Shown here piece after piece: positions 46,080-55,227 of a DNA stretch of 61,280 nucleotides. The notes beneath the pieces were generated by a model. It was not told the origin of the DNA. It ran no database searches and saw nothing but the letters and a program-made list of their open reading frames with translations. The position numbers and the translations under genes are program-made. Source of the DNA: Candidatus Aegiribacteria sp. (lineage in GTDB: Bacteria; Fermentibacterota; Fermentibacteria; Fermentibacterales; JCC-6); NCBI GenBank assembly GCA_046498225.1, contig JAWOBF010000019.1, positions 1-61,280 on the forward strand. Reading direction: 5' to 3'. Each line of letters opens with the position of its first letter. Position 1 is the first letter of the stretch.

Positions 46080-47471
46080 TCAGCCGTCGGCCCAGGTATC
46101 CGATGTCCAGCGGAACCTGCTGCGAAGTGTTCCCCTTCCCAGGAGCTCCAGGGCGGCGTACTCTCCCATCTCGAGGGAGTGGTCCATGTTATTGTAACGG
46201 AACAGACCCTGACGGCCGCAGGTCACGGCATTCTCCAGCCGGTCCATGGAATCCAGAACCGGTTCCAGGTTCCGGGAGAAATCAAGGGAGTAGACCGGGT
46301 ATGCATGGGCGTATCCGGTGGAGGTCGAATCCACGACATCCTCCCTCGAAAAGAGTCCCAGGGCTTCACCGCCCAGAATAGCCGATTCGGCGAGGTCCGT
46401 CCCGTCGGACCAGACGTCATCCCCGGTTTCGCAGGTATACTCGAAGACGAGCTGTGTACCCTCCAGGTCGGATTCGGGATCGAAATTCCCGGGAAAGGAA
46501 ATCCTGTTGAACCCGTACTTGCCCTCGGGTATGTATATCCAGTGGTCACGGGCGGGGATCGTGCGGTTCAATCTGAGAACTGCGAACATTATGGCCCTGA
46601 ACCGAAGGCAGGAGGCGAATGACTTGACCCGCTCCGGCAGTAGATCTCCAAGTAGCAGGGCGTAATCCGTAACGGGTATGGAACTGAGAATGGCGTCCAC
46701 AATGAGCTCGCCGCCGTTAACGGATATTCTGTAGCCGCCGCCATCTGCCGCTTTGATCGAGTCGGGCCGGGAGGAGTACTCGATGCTTCCCCCGCGGCGC
46801 TTAATCCGCCGAGCGAGAGCATCTGATATCCGTCCAATGCCTCCCGGCGGATAATGGAAACAGCTCACGAGGCTCCTGGAGGAATTCCTTCCCGGCAGTA
46901 TGGTGGCCTTTGCCAGGTCGGTGAGTTTCGGGACGGTGATACGCTGGCTGGCCCACTCGGCCGAGAGTTCCTCCGGTGGACATCCCCAGAGTTTCTCGGT
47001 GTATGGCCCGAAGTAGAGGTCGTACAGCTTCTTACCGAACCTTCCGGTCACCCAGCCCTTGAAATCCAGGGCTTTTCCGCTCCCGGAGAGACCCTTTACC
47101 CTTTCCATAAAATAGCTGAAGACCATTCCCGCGGACCGGTTAAGCGGCATTTTGCCGAGCACGTCAGGAAATGAGAGTGGGTACCGGAAATAACGGTCCA
47201 GCAGCCTGATCCTGCTGAGCCTCTCCAGCTCCATCAGTCCGTCCGGAAGGATGGAATCAACGAATTCCAGTATGGAGGGATTCTCCGTGTGGAACCTGTG
47301 TGGTCCGAGGTCGAAGTGGAAACCGTCCCGGCTCACGGTCCGGGCCAGTCCTCCGGCCATGCTGTCCTTCTCTATCACCACGACTTCCACGCCGGCATCG
47401 GAGAGAACGTCCGCTCCCCTGAGTCCTGCCAGTCCCGCTCCCAGCACGGCTGCCCTGCGCGGCTTATCCAT
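46080..47471 (-). CDS. FAD-dependent oxidoreductase (PPO/UDP-galactopyranose-mutase-like family)
   Basis: GAGLAG, GGLART, DLGPHRF, YTEKLWG, FHYPPGG, AYPVY, GRQGLFRYNNMDHS. Confidence 0.88.
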   Translation of the reverse strand: MDKPRRAAVLGAGLAGLRGADVLSDAGVEVVVIEKDSMAGGLARTVSRDGFHFDLGPHRFHTENPSILEFVDSILPDGLMELERLSRIRLLDRYFRYPLSFPDVLGKMPLNRSAGMVFSYFMERVKGLSGSGKALDFKGWVTGRFGKKLYDLYFGPYTEKLWGCPPEELSAEWASQRITVPKLTDLAKATILPGRNSSRSLVSCFHYPPGGIGRISDALARRIKRRGGSIEYSSRPDSIKAADGGGYRISVNGGELIVDAILSSIPVTDYALLLGDLLPERVKSFASCLRFRAIMFAVLRLNRTIPARDHWIYIPEGKYGFNRISFPGNFDPESDLEGTQLVFEYTCETGDDVWSDGTDLAESAILGGEALGLFSREDVVDSTSTGYAHAYPVYSLDFSRNLEPVLDSMDRLENAVTCGRQGLFRYNNMDHSLEMGEYAALELLGRGTLRSRFRWTSDTWADG

Positions 47472-47591
47472 GTTTCCGATCAGATTCCTCCCGGTAACTG
47501 CCAGCAGTGTTCTTCACTAAATAATTCCCGGCGTCAGCCGGCCAGGCGTAAACGTAAATATACTGACTGAAGGGGCGCCGGTAACCCTGAA

Positions 47592-47650
47592 CCGGGGGTT
47601 GTCATGAAGGGGACAGGGAGGTGGCCCCTGTCCCCTTTTCATGAACCCGG
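47592..47650. terminator. Long imperfect hairpin downstream of 47661-48470
   Basis: TCATGAAGGGGACAGGG-N7-CCCTGTCCCCTTTTCATGA with flanking CCGGG/CCCGG; no clear U-tract on the minus strand. Confidence 0.55.
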
Positions 47651-47660
47651 CGGCAGTGTC

Positions 47661-48470
47661 TCAGAAGAGGGTCTTGACAGCTCCCCAGGTCTCGTTCTCG
47701 AGAGAGGTGATGGTACCCTGCAGAGTGAAAGGAAGTCCTTTCAGCTCACCGGACTGGTTGTCTGCGACGGGGCTCCAGACTTGAGTGTAGTACTGCACCG
47801 CGTTACCGGTCTCCAGCTGGCCGTTTATGGTTATGGGAGGGTTCCACGGACCGGATTCACCCACACCATCCTGCTGCCAGCACAACCAGTAGGTTCCCTC
47901 GCTGAGAACTATCGGTGTGCCGAACTCGCAGGTCTGCACCATGAGGGGGCGGTTGGTTACCGATCCCGACCCGGCCTCGTTGACCCTGTAGCAGTTCATG
48001 AACTCGGTGGTTGTCATGACATTGGTGAAAAGGTCACCGTAGAGCAGGTTCCCGAACTCCGGTACGTCGTCGTATATCTCGATATAGGCACCGATTATGG
48101 ATGATGGAGGACCTTCATCGGTCTGATAGCCGATGAGAGTAATGACATCGATCTCCCAGGTAGTTCCCGATGGGATCTCGAAGTCGTCCGCAAGCCTTAT
48201 GTCGGCACCCCACTGGCAGCCGAATCCGTTGGTGGTCTCCAGAGGATCGAGAATGGATTCGTCTGCTCCTCCGACACCGGTCCCGTAGCTGGTTATCACG
48301 GGCCCGTTGTCCCAGAGAACCGCCTGAGGACCGTCCCAGACGGGTCCCTCCCAAGGAGTCGGGGATTCATCCGTGGACGCTGGAACGATCCCATCGTCAG
48401 ATGTTTCACCGGCCATAAGAGGCAGGGCACAGAGCACCAGTACCTGAACACATAAGAACAGCTTATGCAT
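47661..48470 (-). CDS. Secreted acidic protein with C-terminal TWxxVK tail
   Basis: Signal peptide; VLWDNG, LADDF, GTYWL; ends SLENETWGAVKTLF. Confidence 0.85.
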   Translation of the reverse strand: MHKLFLCVQVLVLCALPLMAGETSDDGIVPASTDESPTPWEGPVWDGPQAVLWDNGPVITSYGTGVGGADESILDPLETTNGFGCQWGADIRLADDFEIPSGTTWEIDVITLIGYQTDEGPPSSIIGAYIEIYDDVPEFGNLLYGDLFTNVMTTTEFMNCYRVNEAGSGSVTNRPLMVQTCEFGTPIVLSEGTYWLCWQQDGVGESGPWNPPITINGQLETGNAVQYYTQVWSPVADNQSGELKGLPFTLQGTITSLENETWGAVKTLF

Positions 48471-48720
48471 TACCTTTTCCCCCTTGTTCTTGACGACGAC
48501 ATCCGCCGTCAGTTATTCCCCTTTTCCCAACTGAGACCCTGAATAACGACACCATTCATGCACCCGGGAACAGAATTTAAACTAAGTATTAAACCTGCAA
48601 CTGTCAATGAAACCCGGAGGTGCCATGACCATCACCGCGCCCGCTTGTTCAGGAAGCCGGCAGGATTATATTGAGAGATATTGCGAAAGTTGATGACAGA
48701 CTCAATACCGGAGGGTCCAA

Positions 48721-50403
48721 ATGTTCAAGGTATGGATAAGTTTCCTGGTCATGGCATTGTCCCTGCATGCTCTTCCATCGTTCGCCCGCCATTCGGACAC
48801 ACCCCATGAGATAGAGCTACCCTCCCCCGCTGAAATGGGACCGGAGGTCAGACTGGTCTCCCCGGAGGTTCCACTCTCTCCGCCGGACGACCCGCAGGTT
48901 GGGGATTCCTGGGTCTGGTGGCTGTTCACCTGGTATCCGATGCCACCCCATTTCGAACAGTTCGTCTGCACCGTTCGAGGAATGTCGGACCGGGGCTACG
49001 TTGTGGTAAAGGATGAGGAATGGCTGGTAAGCATCGACCAGGACGATGTGGACGCCATACTCGAACACTGGGAGAACTCCAGCGTGGGACCCTACCCGTC
49101 CCAGGGCATATACGAAATAGACAGCCTGTCCTTCGGGAATCCTCCGGACGAACTGGACGACGATCCCAGAATTTATCTAATGTGGTACGACTTCGAAGTG
49201 AGCGCGGACGGCTTTTTCTTCTGGTTCGACATGTACCCGGACGGCACTTTCCCCGATTACCACAGCAACGAGTGCGAGGTGCTCTATCTCAATACCACTA
49301 GCTACGGCGGTCCTTCGGGAGATTACATGCACGCTGTGATAGCTCACGAGTTCGAGCACATGATACACTGGAAGTACGACGATGACGAAGCTTCCTGGGT
49401 CGACGAGGGCATGGCGGAGCTGGCAATGTGGTTCTACGGTAATCCGGATAACATATCGGCCTTCAACTCGAACCCGGACAACAATCTGACCATATGGGAC
49501 GGAGAATGGGCGGATTACATTCAGACCTACCTCTGGTCGCTCTATTTCTTCGAACACTACGGCGGCCATCCCGCTGTCTACGCCCTGGTCCATGAACCGG
49601 CAAACTCCATGTACGGATACGATGCGGTGCTTGACGGGTTCGGATACCCGGAGAATACCGAGGACATATTCATCGACTGGTCCGTAGCAAACTTCCTGGA
49701 CGATACGACGATCGCCGATGGACGGTACGGCTATAGCGGAGAGGACCTCCCCCCCTTCTTTCCCGCCGGGACATTCTCCACGTACCCTGTCGCGGAATCA
49801 GCGACAGTCAACGGCTGGGCCACGGATTATTACAGGTTCCAGGACATCACCTTCGAGGAGATGGAGATATCCTTTGACGGCAACGACGGCAATACGTTCG
49901 GAGTGAGGGGCCTCGTTCTGCACGACGCCGCGCCCACCGAAGTGCATGCCATGACGCTGGATGAAGCTTCTCAGAGCGGGTCCATGCAAATAACGGGCCT
50001 TGCAGATCCCCTGGACGAGGTCATACTGGTGGTCGCCAGCGTTTCCAGTGCTGGCGGACCCGAATACACCTTCTCCGCGGGAGACGTCCAGGGCATGTCC
50101 CATGGTGACCCCTCGTCACCCGGGGATCTCAGCCTGGAGGTAACGCCGAATCCGTTCACCGGCTCGGTGAGCATCCGGATATTCTGGGAGAGCGCTTCAG
50201 AGGGAACGCCGTCGATGGACATATACGACGTAAACGGACGCTTAGTGCGGCGGCTCACCGCAGACGTAATCTCAAGCGGCCGGGCTGAGGCGGTATGGAA
50301 TGGCGAGGCCCTGAATGGCCGCATGGCGGGAGCGGGTATCTACTACGCCGTAGCCCGAACGGAAAGTTCCACCCGCACCGCCAGCCTTCTCCTCCTCCCC
50401 TGA
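48721..50403 (+). CDS. Secreted zinc metallopeptidase (M30/M6-like) with FlgD-Ig/T9SS-like C-terminal domain
   Basis: AHEFEHMIH, WVDEGMAE; tail PNPF...IYDVNGRLVR...WNG...GIYY. Confidence 0.85.
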   Translation: MFKVWISFLVMALSLHALPSFARHSDTPHEIELPSPAEMGPEVRLVSPEVPLSPPDDPQVGDSWVWWLFTWYPMPPHFEQFVCTVRGMSDRGYVVVKDEEWLVSIDQDDVDAILEHWENSSVGPYPSQGIYEIDSLSFGNPPDELDDDPRIYLMWYDFEVSADGFFFWFDMYPDGTFPDYHSNECEVLYLNTTSYGGPSGDYMHAVIAHEFEHMIHWKYDDDEASWVDEGMAELAMWFYGNPDNISAFNSNPDNNLTIWDGEWADYIQTYLWSLYFFEHYGGHPAVYALVHEPANSMYGYDAVLDGFGYPENTEDIFIDWSVANFLDDTTIADGRYGYSGEDLPPFFPAGTFSTYPVAESATVNGWATDYYRFQDITFEEMEISFDGNDGNTFGVRGLVLHDAAPTEVHAMTLDEASQSGSMQITGLADPLDEVILVVASVSSAGGPEYTFSAGDVQGMSHGDPSSPGDLSLEVTPNPFTGSVSIRIFWESASEGTPSMDIYDVNGRLVRRLTADVISSGRAEAVWNGEALNGRMAGAGIYYAVARTESSTRTASLLLLP

Positions 50404-50454
50404 CGGGACAGGACTGAGCTTCCGATGAGTTCATGGATTATGATATGTTATGTA

Positions 50455-51096
50455 TTATAATGCATATCCGCTGCTACCAGGTTTTCCGTCGACCCTGGTG
50501 AGATAGTAACTGAACTCGACTCCGGACATCGATGCCCGTCTGCGGGTAAATCCGCCCTGACTCTCCTTCGAGATCGCCTGATAGGCTTCCTGGGTCAGCA
50601 GTATTTCATTTTCCTCTGCCAGGTCCTCTCCCAGTTTGGAGGCCATGTTCATCTGGTCGCCGAAGACGCCCTCGGAGAGCGAACAGAGAACGTCCCCATA
50701 ACCGATTCCCGCGCATACCCCTAATCCACAACCGCTGCGAACCTCTATTCCGCTGGAACTGACGGTTCTATGAACGTCGCGGGCAGCGGCGAGCGCGTCA
50801 TCCGCACCGGGGAATTCGGCAAACACGTCGTCACTGTGGAACCGCATTGAGGTGCAGCCGTGTCGGAGAAGTACCGGACTTATGATGTCCCTGAGCCTGA
50901 TAATGCATGAAAGGTAATTGATTATGCCAGTTTCCCGTGTATTGACGGTGAATCCTGATGTATCAAGAACCATGATGGCGCATTTCTTGCCAAACCTTTT
51001 CCAGATATCCTCCTCTCTCCCGGGCAGAAGAGGGTCCTTCCCGGTCAGGTCCCTGATACTCTGGAACAGGTCTTCATCTGAAGAATCTGTCATCAT
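50455..51096 (-). CDS. Stand-alone class III nucleotide cyclase domain protein
   Basis: VLDTSGFT, HSDDVFAEF, GIGYG, FGDQMNMASKLGE, EILLT. Confidence 0.85.
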   Translation of the reverse strand: MMTDSSDEDLFQSIRDLTGKDPLLPGREEDIWKRFGKKCAIMVLDTSGFTVNTRETGIINYLSCIIRLRDIISPVLLRHGCTSMRFHSDDVFAEFPGADDALAAARDVHRTVSSSGIEVRSGCGLGVCAGIGYGDVLCSLSEGVFGDQMNMASKLGEDLAEENEILLTQEAYQAISKESQGGFTRRRASMSGVEFSYYLTRVDGKPGSSGYAL

Positions 51097-51211
51097 CCAT
51101 CCAATACGTGGCTGGGGCTGGTCCTGGCAGATGAAAATACTTTCAGCGTCGAAGCCTGGTCAATGATTCGATACATAGAATATATTATTTCATAATAACT
51201 ATATTAATATT

Positions 51212-52057
51212 TCATAGTGAATCGTAAAGGTAAGAAAGGTTAGCCCGGTCTTGATCGAGGCGGTGGTAGACTTCCTGCAGGAGTTCTCTTCGCCTGGCTG
51301 AGTTGTAGTACTCCGCCGCCCTGCTGCCGCCATATACGTTGGCCCCGTAGAACGAGAGCGACAGCCATCCCAGGAGTATGCTGGTGGACAGGTTGTCTTC
51401 ATCCAGGGACAGTATGAAAAGCGCTCCTGTGGCGGCCGTCATGCTCAGGGCTGTCAGTCCATCCCGTGTATGTCCGCAGATCAGCTGGCCCGACCCGGGA
51501 ATTACTGCGCTGGCCACACCGCACCAGAATGGATCCCGTCCGGGAAGGCGCTCTCCCCTGGAGGCCAGGGCGGAGAGTTCCTCCGCCAGAAGCCTTTTAT
51601 CCCCCTGCCACCGCTGACCCACCGCGGAGAGCTCCGCGCTGCTCTGCGACCAGTGAGACCGGTGCATGGGCGCCAGCGCCATAAGCAGTTCGCTCCTGAA
51701 GAGGAGTTCATCTTCCTCCGCTGCCGAAGCCGCCTGTGCGTAAGCTTCCCTCGACATGTCATGGTATTGAAGTTCCGCGTATACCGAACCTGCTCCCAGC
51801 AGCGCCCGCGCCCGGTCATCGCCGTCGGGAAGACCCTGTATGAGATAGTCATAGAGGAAGATGGAGCTTTCAAGATCACCCAGGAGATGACGGCATCTCG
51901 CCAGCCTGAGGGCTTCCTCCGGATGACCCAGCGTATCCCCCGCCTCGAAGAGGACACGGGAATACTCCAGGGCGGCCATTCCGTAATCACCCTGCGTATA
52001 GAGCTCATCCGCGAATCCGCCCATGAGTATCAGAATGGCAGCAGAAGCGAATCCCAT
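51212..52057 (-). CDS. TPR protein with C-terminal TM2-like membrane segment
   Basis: FADELYTQGDYGMAALEY TPR; SAVIPGSGQL...G; overlaps yidD-like gene. Confidence 0.8.
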   Translation of the reverse strand: MGFASAAILILMGGFADELYTQGDYGMAALEYSRVLFEAGDTLGHPEEALRLARCRHLLGDLESSIFLYDYLIQGLPDGDDRARALLGAGSVYAELQYHDMSREAYAQAASAAEEDELLFRSELLMALAPMHRSHWSQSSAELSAVGQRWQGDKRLLAEELSALASRGERLPGRDPFWCGVASAVIPGSGQLICGHTRDGLTALSMTAATGALFILSLDEDNLSTSILLGWLSLSFYGANVYGGSRAAEYYNSARRRELLQEVYHRLDQDRANLSYLYDSL

Positions 52058-52413
52058 ATAACATTCCCTTCATCTATCTCCAGGGGGTCTGACAGCAGGC
52101 TCCCGGTACCACACCTCGAATAGTAATCGAGCCTTCCGGCTGTGGAATGACATCTTGTCCACCGCTCAAGCGCCATCATGGTACCGATTACGGGGCCATG
52201 GCTCGAAAGGACGGTCTGGCCGTAGTGGGAGCATGAAGGTGAAAAATTGCATCTCATGTCCAGGAAATCCCTGGCGACCAGCCGGTACTGGAAGATGAGA
52301 CCATCCATGACGGTCGGAACATCCTCGATCCGGTATTCGTCAGGAGAGGCTGACGAAACAAGGCGGGTGCAGAGCAGGAGCAGGAAGATGACCGCAATAC
52401 CCCTTCTATCCAC
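52030..52413 (-). CDS. YidD-like membrane protein insertion efficiency factor with N-terminal hydrophobic segment
   Basis: CNFSPSCSHY, ERWTRCH, DP; GTG start with GAAGGGAG RBS. Confidence 0.8.
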   Translation of the reverse strand: MDRRGIAVIFLLLLCTRLVSSASPDEYRIEDVPTVMDGLIFQYRLVARDFLDMRCNFSPSCSHYGQTVLSSHGPVIGTMMALERWTRCHSTAGRLDYYSRCGTGSLLSDPLEIDEGNVIWDSLLLPF

Positions 52414-52590
52414 TTCGCTCCCTTCAAAGACCTGTGTGAACATCTGTTGCCGAAACCATGCCCGAAGGGATGATACTTCCCTGAGCACTTGCCGGTCAAT
52501 CCGGAGGTCATAATGATATACCGATTCCCGGCCGCGGTTCTCAAAGTTTGATACTGCCTGTGATTCATCCCCGGAACAGATGGTGGCGGA

Positions 52591-53820
52591 TTGAAAATTG
52601 CTTTCATTGTAAGAAGTTTTCCGGCTCTGTCCGAAACCTTCATACTCAATCAGATCACGGGGCTCCTTGACCTCGGGCACTCGGTGGACATTTTCCGCAC
52701 CATTCCCACTCCCCACGGCAGGACGCACCCCGAGGTGGAGGCTTACCGTCTGCTGGAGCGGACCGGTGACATCTTCATGCCGGCGGACCGTCTCAGGCGT
52801 GCGCTGGGGGGAGCCCGAATACTGGGTTCGGGCGCGTTCAGGAATCCCGGTCTGATGCTCAGGGCGCTGAACGTGTTCAGGTACGGCCGGGATGCGTTAT
52901 CGCTGCGCAATCTCTACCTCGCGTCCGGTTTTACCGACAGGTACGATATCGTCCATTGCCACTACGGCATGCTGGGGAATATCGGCATTATGCTGAGGGA
53001 GATGGGCGCCAGGACCGGCCCCATTATAACCACCTTTCACGGTTTCGATATTACCACATACCTCAGGGAGCGGGGAGAGGACTGCTATCGAAGTCTCTTC
53101 GAGAAGGGGGACCTCTTCCTTCCCATCAGCGAGAACTGGCGGAGAAAACTCATTGGGCTGGGATGTCCCCCTGAAAGGACAGTAGTCCACAGGATGGGAG
53201 TGGACTGCGGCCATTTCCCATTCGCTCCGAGAACTCCGAAACCCGGGGAGGGAATACGGCTGCTAAGCGTCGCCAGGTTCGTCGAGAAGAAGGGGCTGGA
53301 GTTCGCCATCAGGGCGGCTGCAGCTCTGGCAAGTCGGGGGATCGACCTTCGGTACACCATCATCGGTGACGGAGAGCTGAGGGGAGAACTCGCCGGGCTC
53401 ATTGGGGACCTTGGAGCGGAGGACAGTATAGAACTCGCGGGATGGAAGCCTCAGGATGAAGTTCTGAGTTCCATGAACAACGCACATATACTGCTCGCCC
53501 CCAGCGTAACGGCTTCCAGCGGTGACCAGGAGGGTATCCCTGTCGCTCTCATGGAGGCCATGGCCATGGGACTTCCGGTTGTATCCACTTTCCACAGCGG
53601 CATTCCAGAACTCGTCGAGAATGGAGTTTCCGGAATTCTGGTTCCTCCGCGGGACTGGAAAGCGCTGGAGGATGCCCTGCACAGCCTGATCTCCAGTCCG
53701 GGGATCTGGCCTGACATGGAGGAGTCAGCCAGGGACAAGGTGGAGAAAGAATACAATATAGAACGCCAGGTAATCGGACTCGAAAAACTCTATCTTGACG
53801 CCATCGGAAGAAGACCCTAG
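52591..53820 (+). CDS. GT4 glycosyltransferase (WcaL-like)
   Basis: FPALSETFILNQI, HCHYG, TFHGFD, VARFVEKKG, EGIPVALMEAMA. Confidence 0.92.
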   Translation: MKIAFIVRSFPALSETFILNQITGLLDLGHSVDIFRTIPTPHGRTHPEVEAYRLLERTGDIFMPADRLRRALGGARILGSGAFRNPGLMLRALNVFRYGRDALSLRNLYLASGFTDRYDIVHCHYGMLGNIGIMLREMGARTGPIITTFHGFDITTYLRERGEDCYRSLFEKGDLFLPISENWRRKLIGLGCPPERTVVHRMGVDCGHFPFAPRTPKPGEGIRLLSVARFVEKKGLEFAIRAAAALASRGIDLRYTIIGDGELRGELAGLIGDLGAEDSIELAGWKPQDEVLSSMNNAHILLAPSVTASSGDQEGIPVALMEAMAMGLPVVSTFHSGIPELVENGVSGILVPPRDWKALEDALHSLISSPGIWPDMEESARDKVEKEYNIERQVIGLEKLYLDAIGRRP

Positions 53821-53908
53821 GCACGCTTCCGGTTGAAATGTGCATCCGGCAACCGACCGCTTACCGGGAAAATGCTTCAGGCCGGCTGATTCGGCCTGTG
53901 AGAGCAAC

Positions 53909-55078
53909 TCATCTTTTAAGGTCATCAAGCCAGCAGGCGTCCCCGGTCAGCTTTCGCCTGAAACACCTGCCTGCCCTGGCGGGGTTCCTTGCCTCGTGGT
54001 ACTTGAAATAGATGTATCCGTCAATTATGCCCAGAATCTCGATCTTCCCGGTTTTATGGGACATTACGTACTTGAATCTCTTGCTGTGCCCGTTGAGCAT
54101 CCTTCCGGCGTCCTCGACTATGCTGACGCCCCGGGCCAGGGTGACCTGGAAGTTGCGCTTTATCCTCTTGACCGGTCTGCAGTGAAAGAGATAGTAGGGA
54201 TTGACACCTATACCGACCATGCTGTTCTGAAGGTCCGCGAGGACCTGAGGGTCGTCGTTGACGCCCTTCAGCAGAACTGTCTGATTGTTCACGATGATCC
54301 TGTTCCTTATCAGCAGGTCGACCGCCTCGGTGGACCTGGCCGTTATCTCACGGGGATGGTTGAACTGGGTAACCACGAAGATCCTTCTATCCCTGCGGGA
54401 ATGGGCCTTGAGAAGTTTGAGAAGTTCCCTGTCCCCGATGATCCTGTCCGGAAACGTGACCGGGGTCTTGCTTCCGAATCTAACGAACTTCAGGTGCTTC
54501 ACCCCTGAAAGCTCTTCCAGGAACTCACCAATCATCTCGGTGGACAGGGTGAATGGATCGCCTCCTGACACAAGCACGTTGTTTATCTCTTTATGCTCAC
54601 TGATATAATCAACGGCTGTTCTGATCCTATTCAGTATCTCCTCGCCGGGAAGCCCTACCATCCTCTTTCTGAAACAGTACCGGCAGTAGGAATAACACAT
54701 GTTTGTGGAGAGTATCAGAACGGTACTGGAATACTTGTGCTGCAGTCCGGGCATCCTTGTGCTCTGCTTCTCACCGCTGGTATCGTAGGAGCCGGACAGG
54801 TCCAGTTCCCTCACTGAAGGTACCGCCATCTTCCTTATGGGGTCTGCGGGGTCATTCCAGTCGATCAGGGACATGTAGTAGGGAGTTATCCTCATCGGGT
54901 GCAGTTCGACCACCCGTTTAAGCCGCCTCTCCTGTTCGGGGGCGATATCCATGTATTCCTTCAGCTGCTCAACGGTCCGGACGCAATTCTTCAGCTCATT
55001 TTTCCACACTTTCAGATGCACCTTCCGATCAACATGTTGAGCTGGTATTCGATCTCCGACGCTCAAGGGGAATGTCAC
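53909..55078 (-). CDS. KamA-family radical SAM protein (lysine 2,3-aminomutase-like)
   Basis: ITPYY, DPIRK, GLQHKY, CYSYCRYCFRKR, SGGDP, NHPREIT, NQTVLLKGVND, PYYLF. Confidence 0.9.
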   Translation of the reverse strand: MTFPLSVGDRIPAQHVDRKVHLKVWKNELKNCVRTVEQLKEYMDIAPEQERRLKRVVELHPMRITPYYMSLIDWNDPADPIRKMAVPSVRELDLSGSYDTSGEKQSTRMPGLQHKYSSTVLILSTNMCYSYCRYCFRKRMVGLPGEEILNRIRTAVDYISEHKEINNVLVSGGDPFTLSTEMIGEFLEELSGVKHLKFVRFGSKTPVTFPDRIIGDRELLKLLKAHSRRDRRIFVVTQFNHPREITARSTEAVDLLIRNRIIVNNQTVLLKGVNDDPQVLADLQNSMVGIGVNPYYLFHCRPVKRIKRNFQVTLARGVSIVEDAGRMLNGHSKRFKYVMSHKTGKIEILGIIDGYIYFKYHEARNPARAGRCFRRKLTGDACWLDDLKR

Positions 55079-55227
55079 GAACCGGCATCACAGACAGTCC
55101 AGCTTCCGTCCCAATTCGGCCTTCTCAGTAATGATACAGACTGAAACGCCCAACCGTCAATAAAATAACCGATCTGGATACGTCCCGGCACAGCCGGCCC
55201 GGGAAGCGTTCGAGGCAGATCGACGGT

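Noticed and set aside
44923-51096. Pycsar/CBASS-like defence system (cyclase plus CNB protein)
   Set aside because: Genes are separated by three unrelated CDS; the CNB protein has no TM or TIR effector; no defence-island context
46080-53820. Polysaccharide biosynthesis locus (FAD oxidoreductase plus WcaL-like GT)
   Set aside because: Genes are 5 kb apart on opposite strands with no flippase, polymerase or sugar-nucleotide genes
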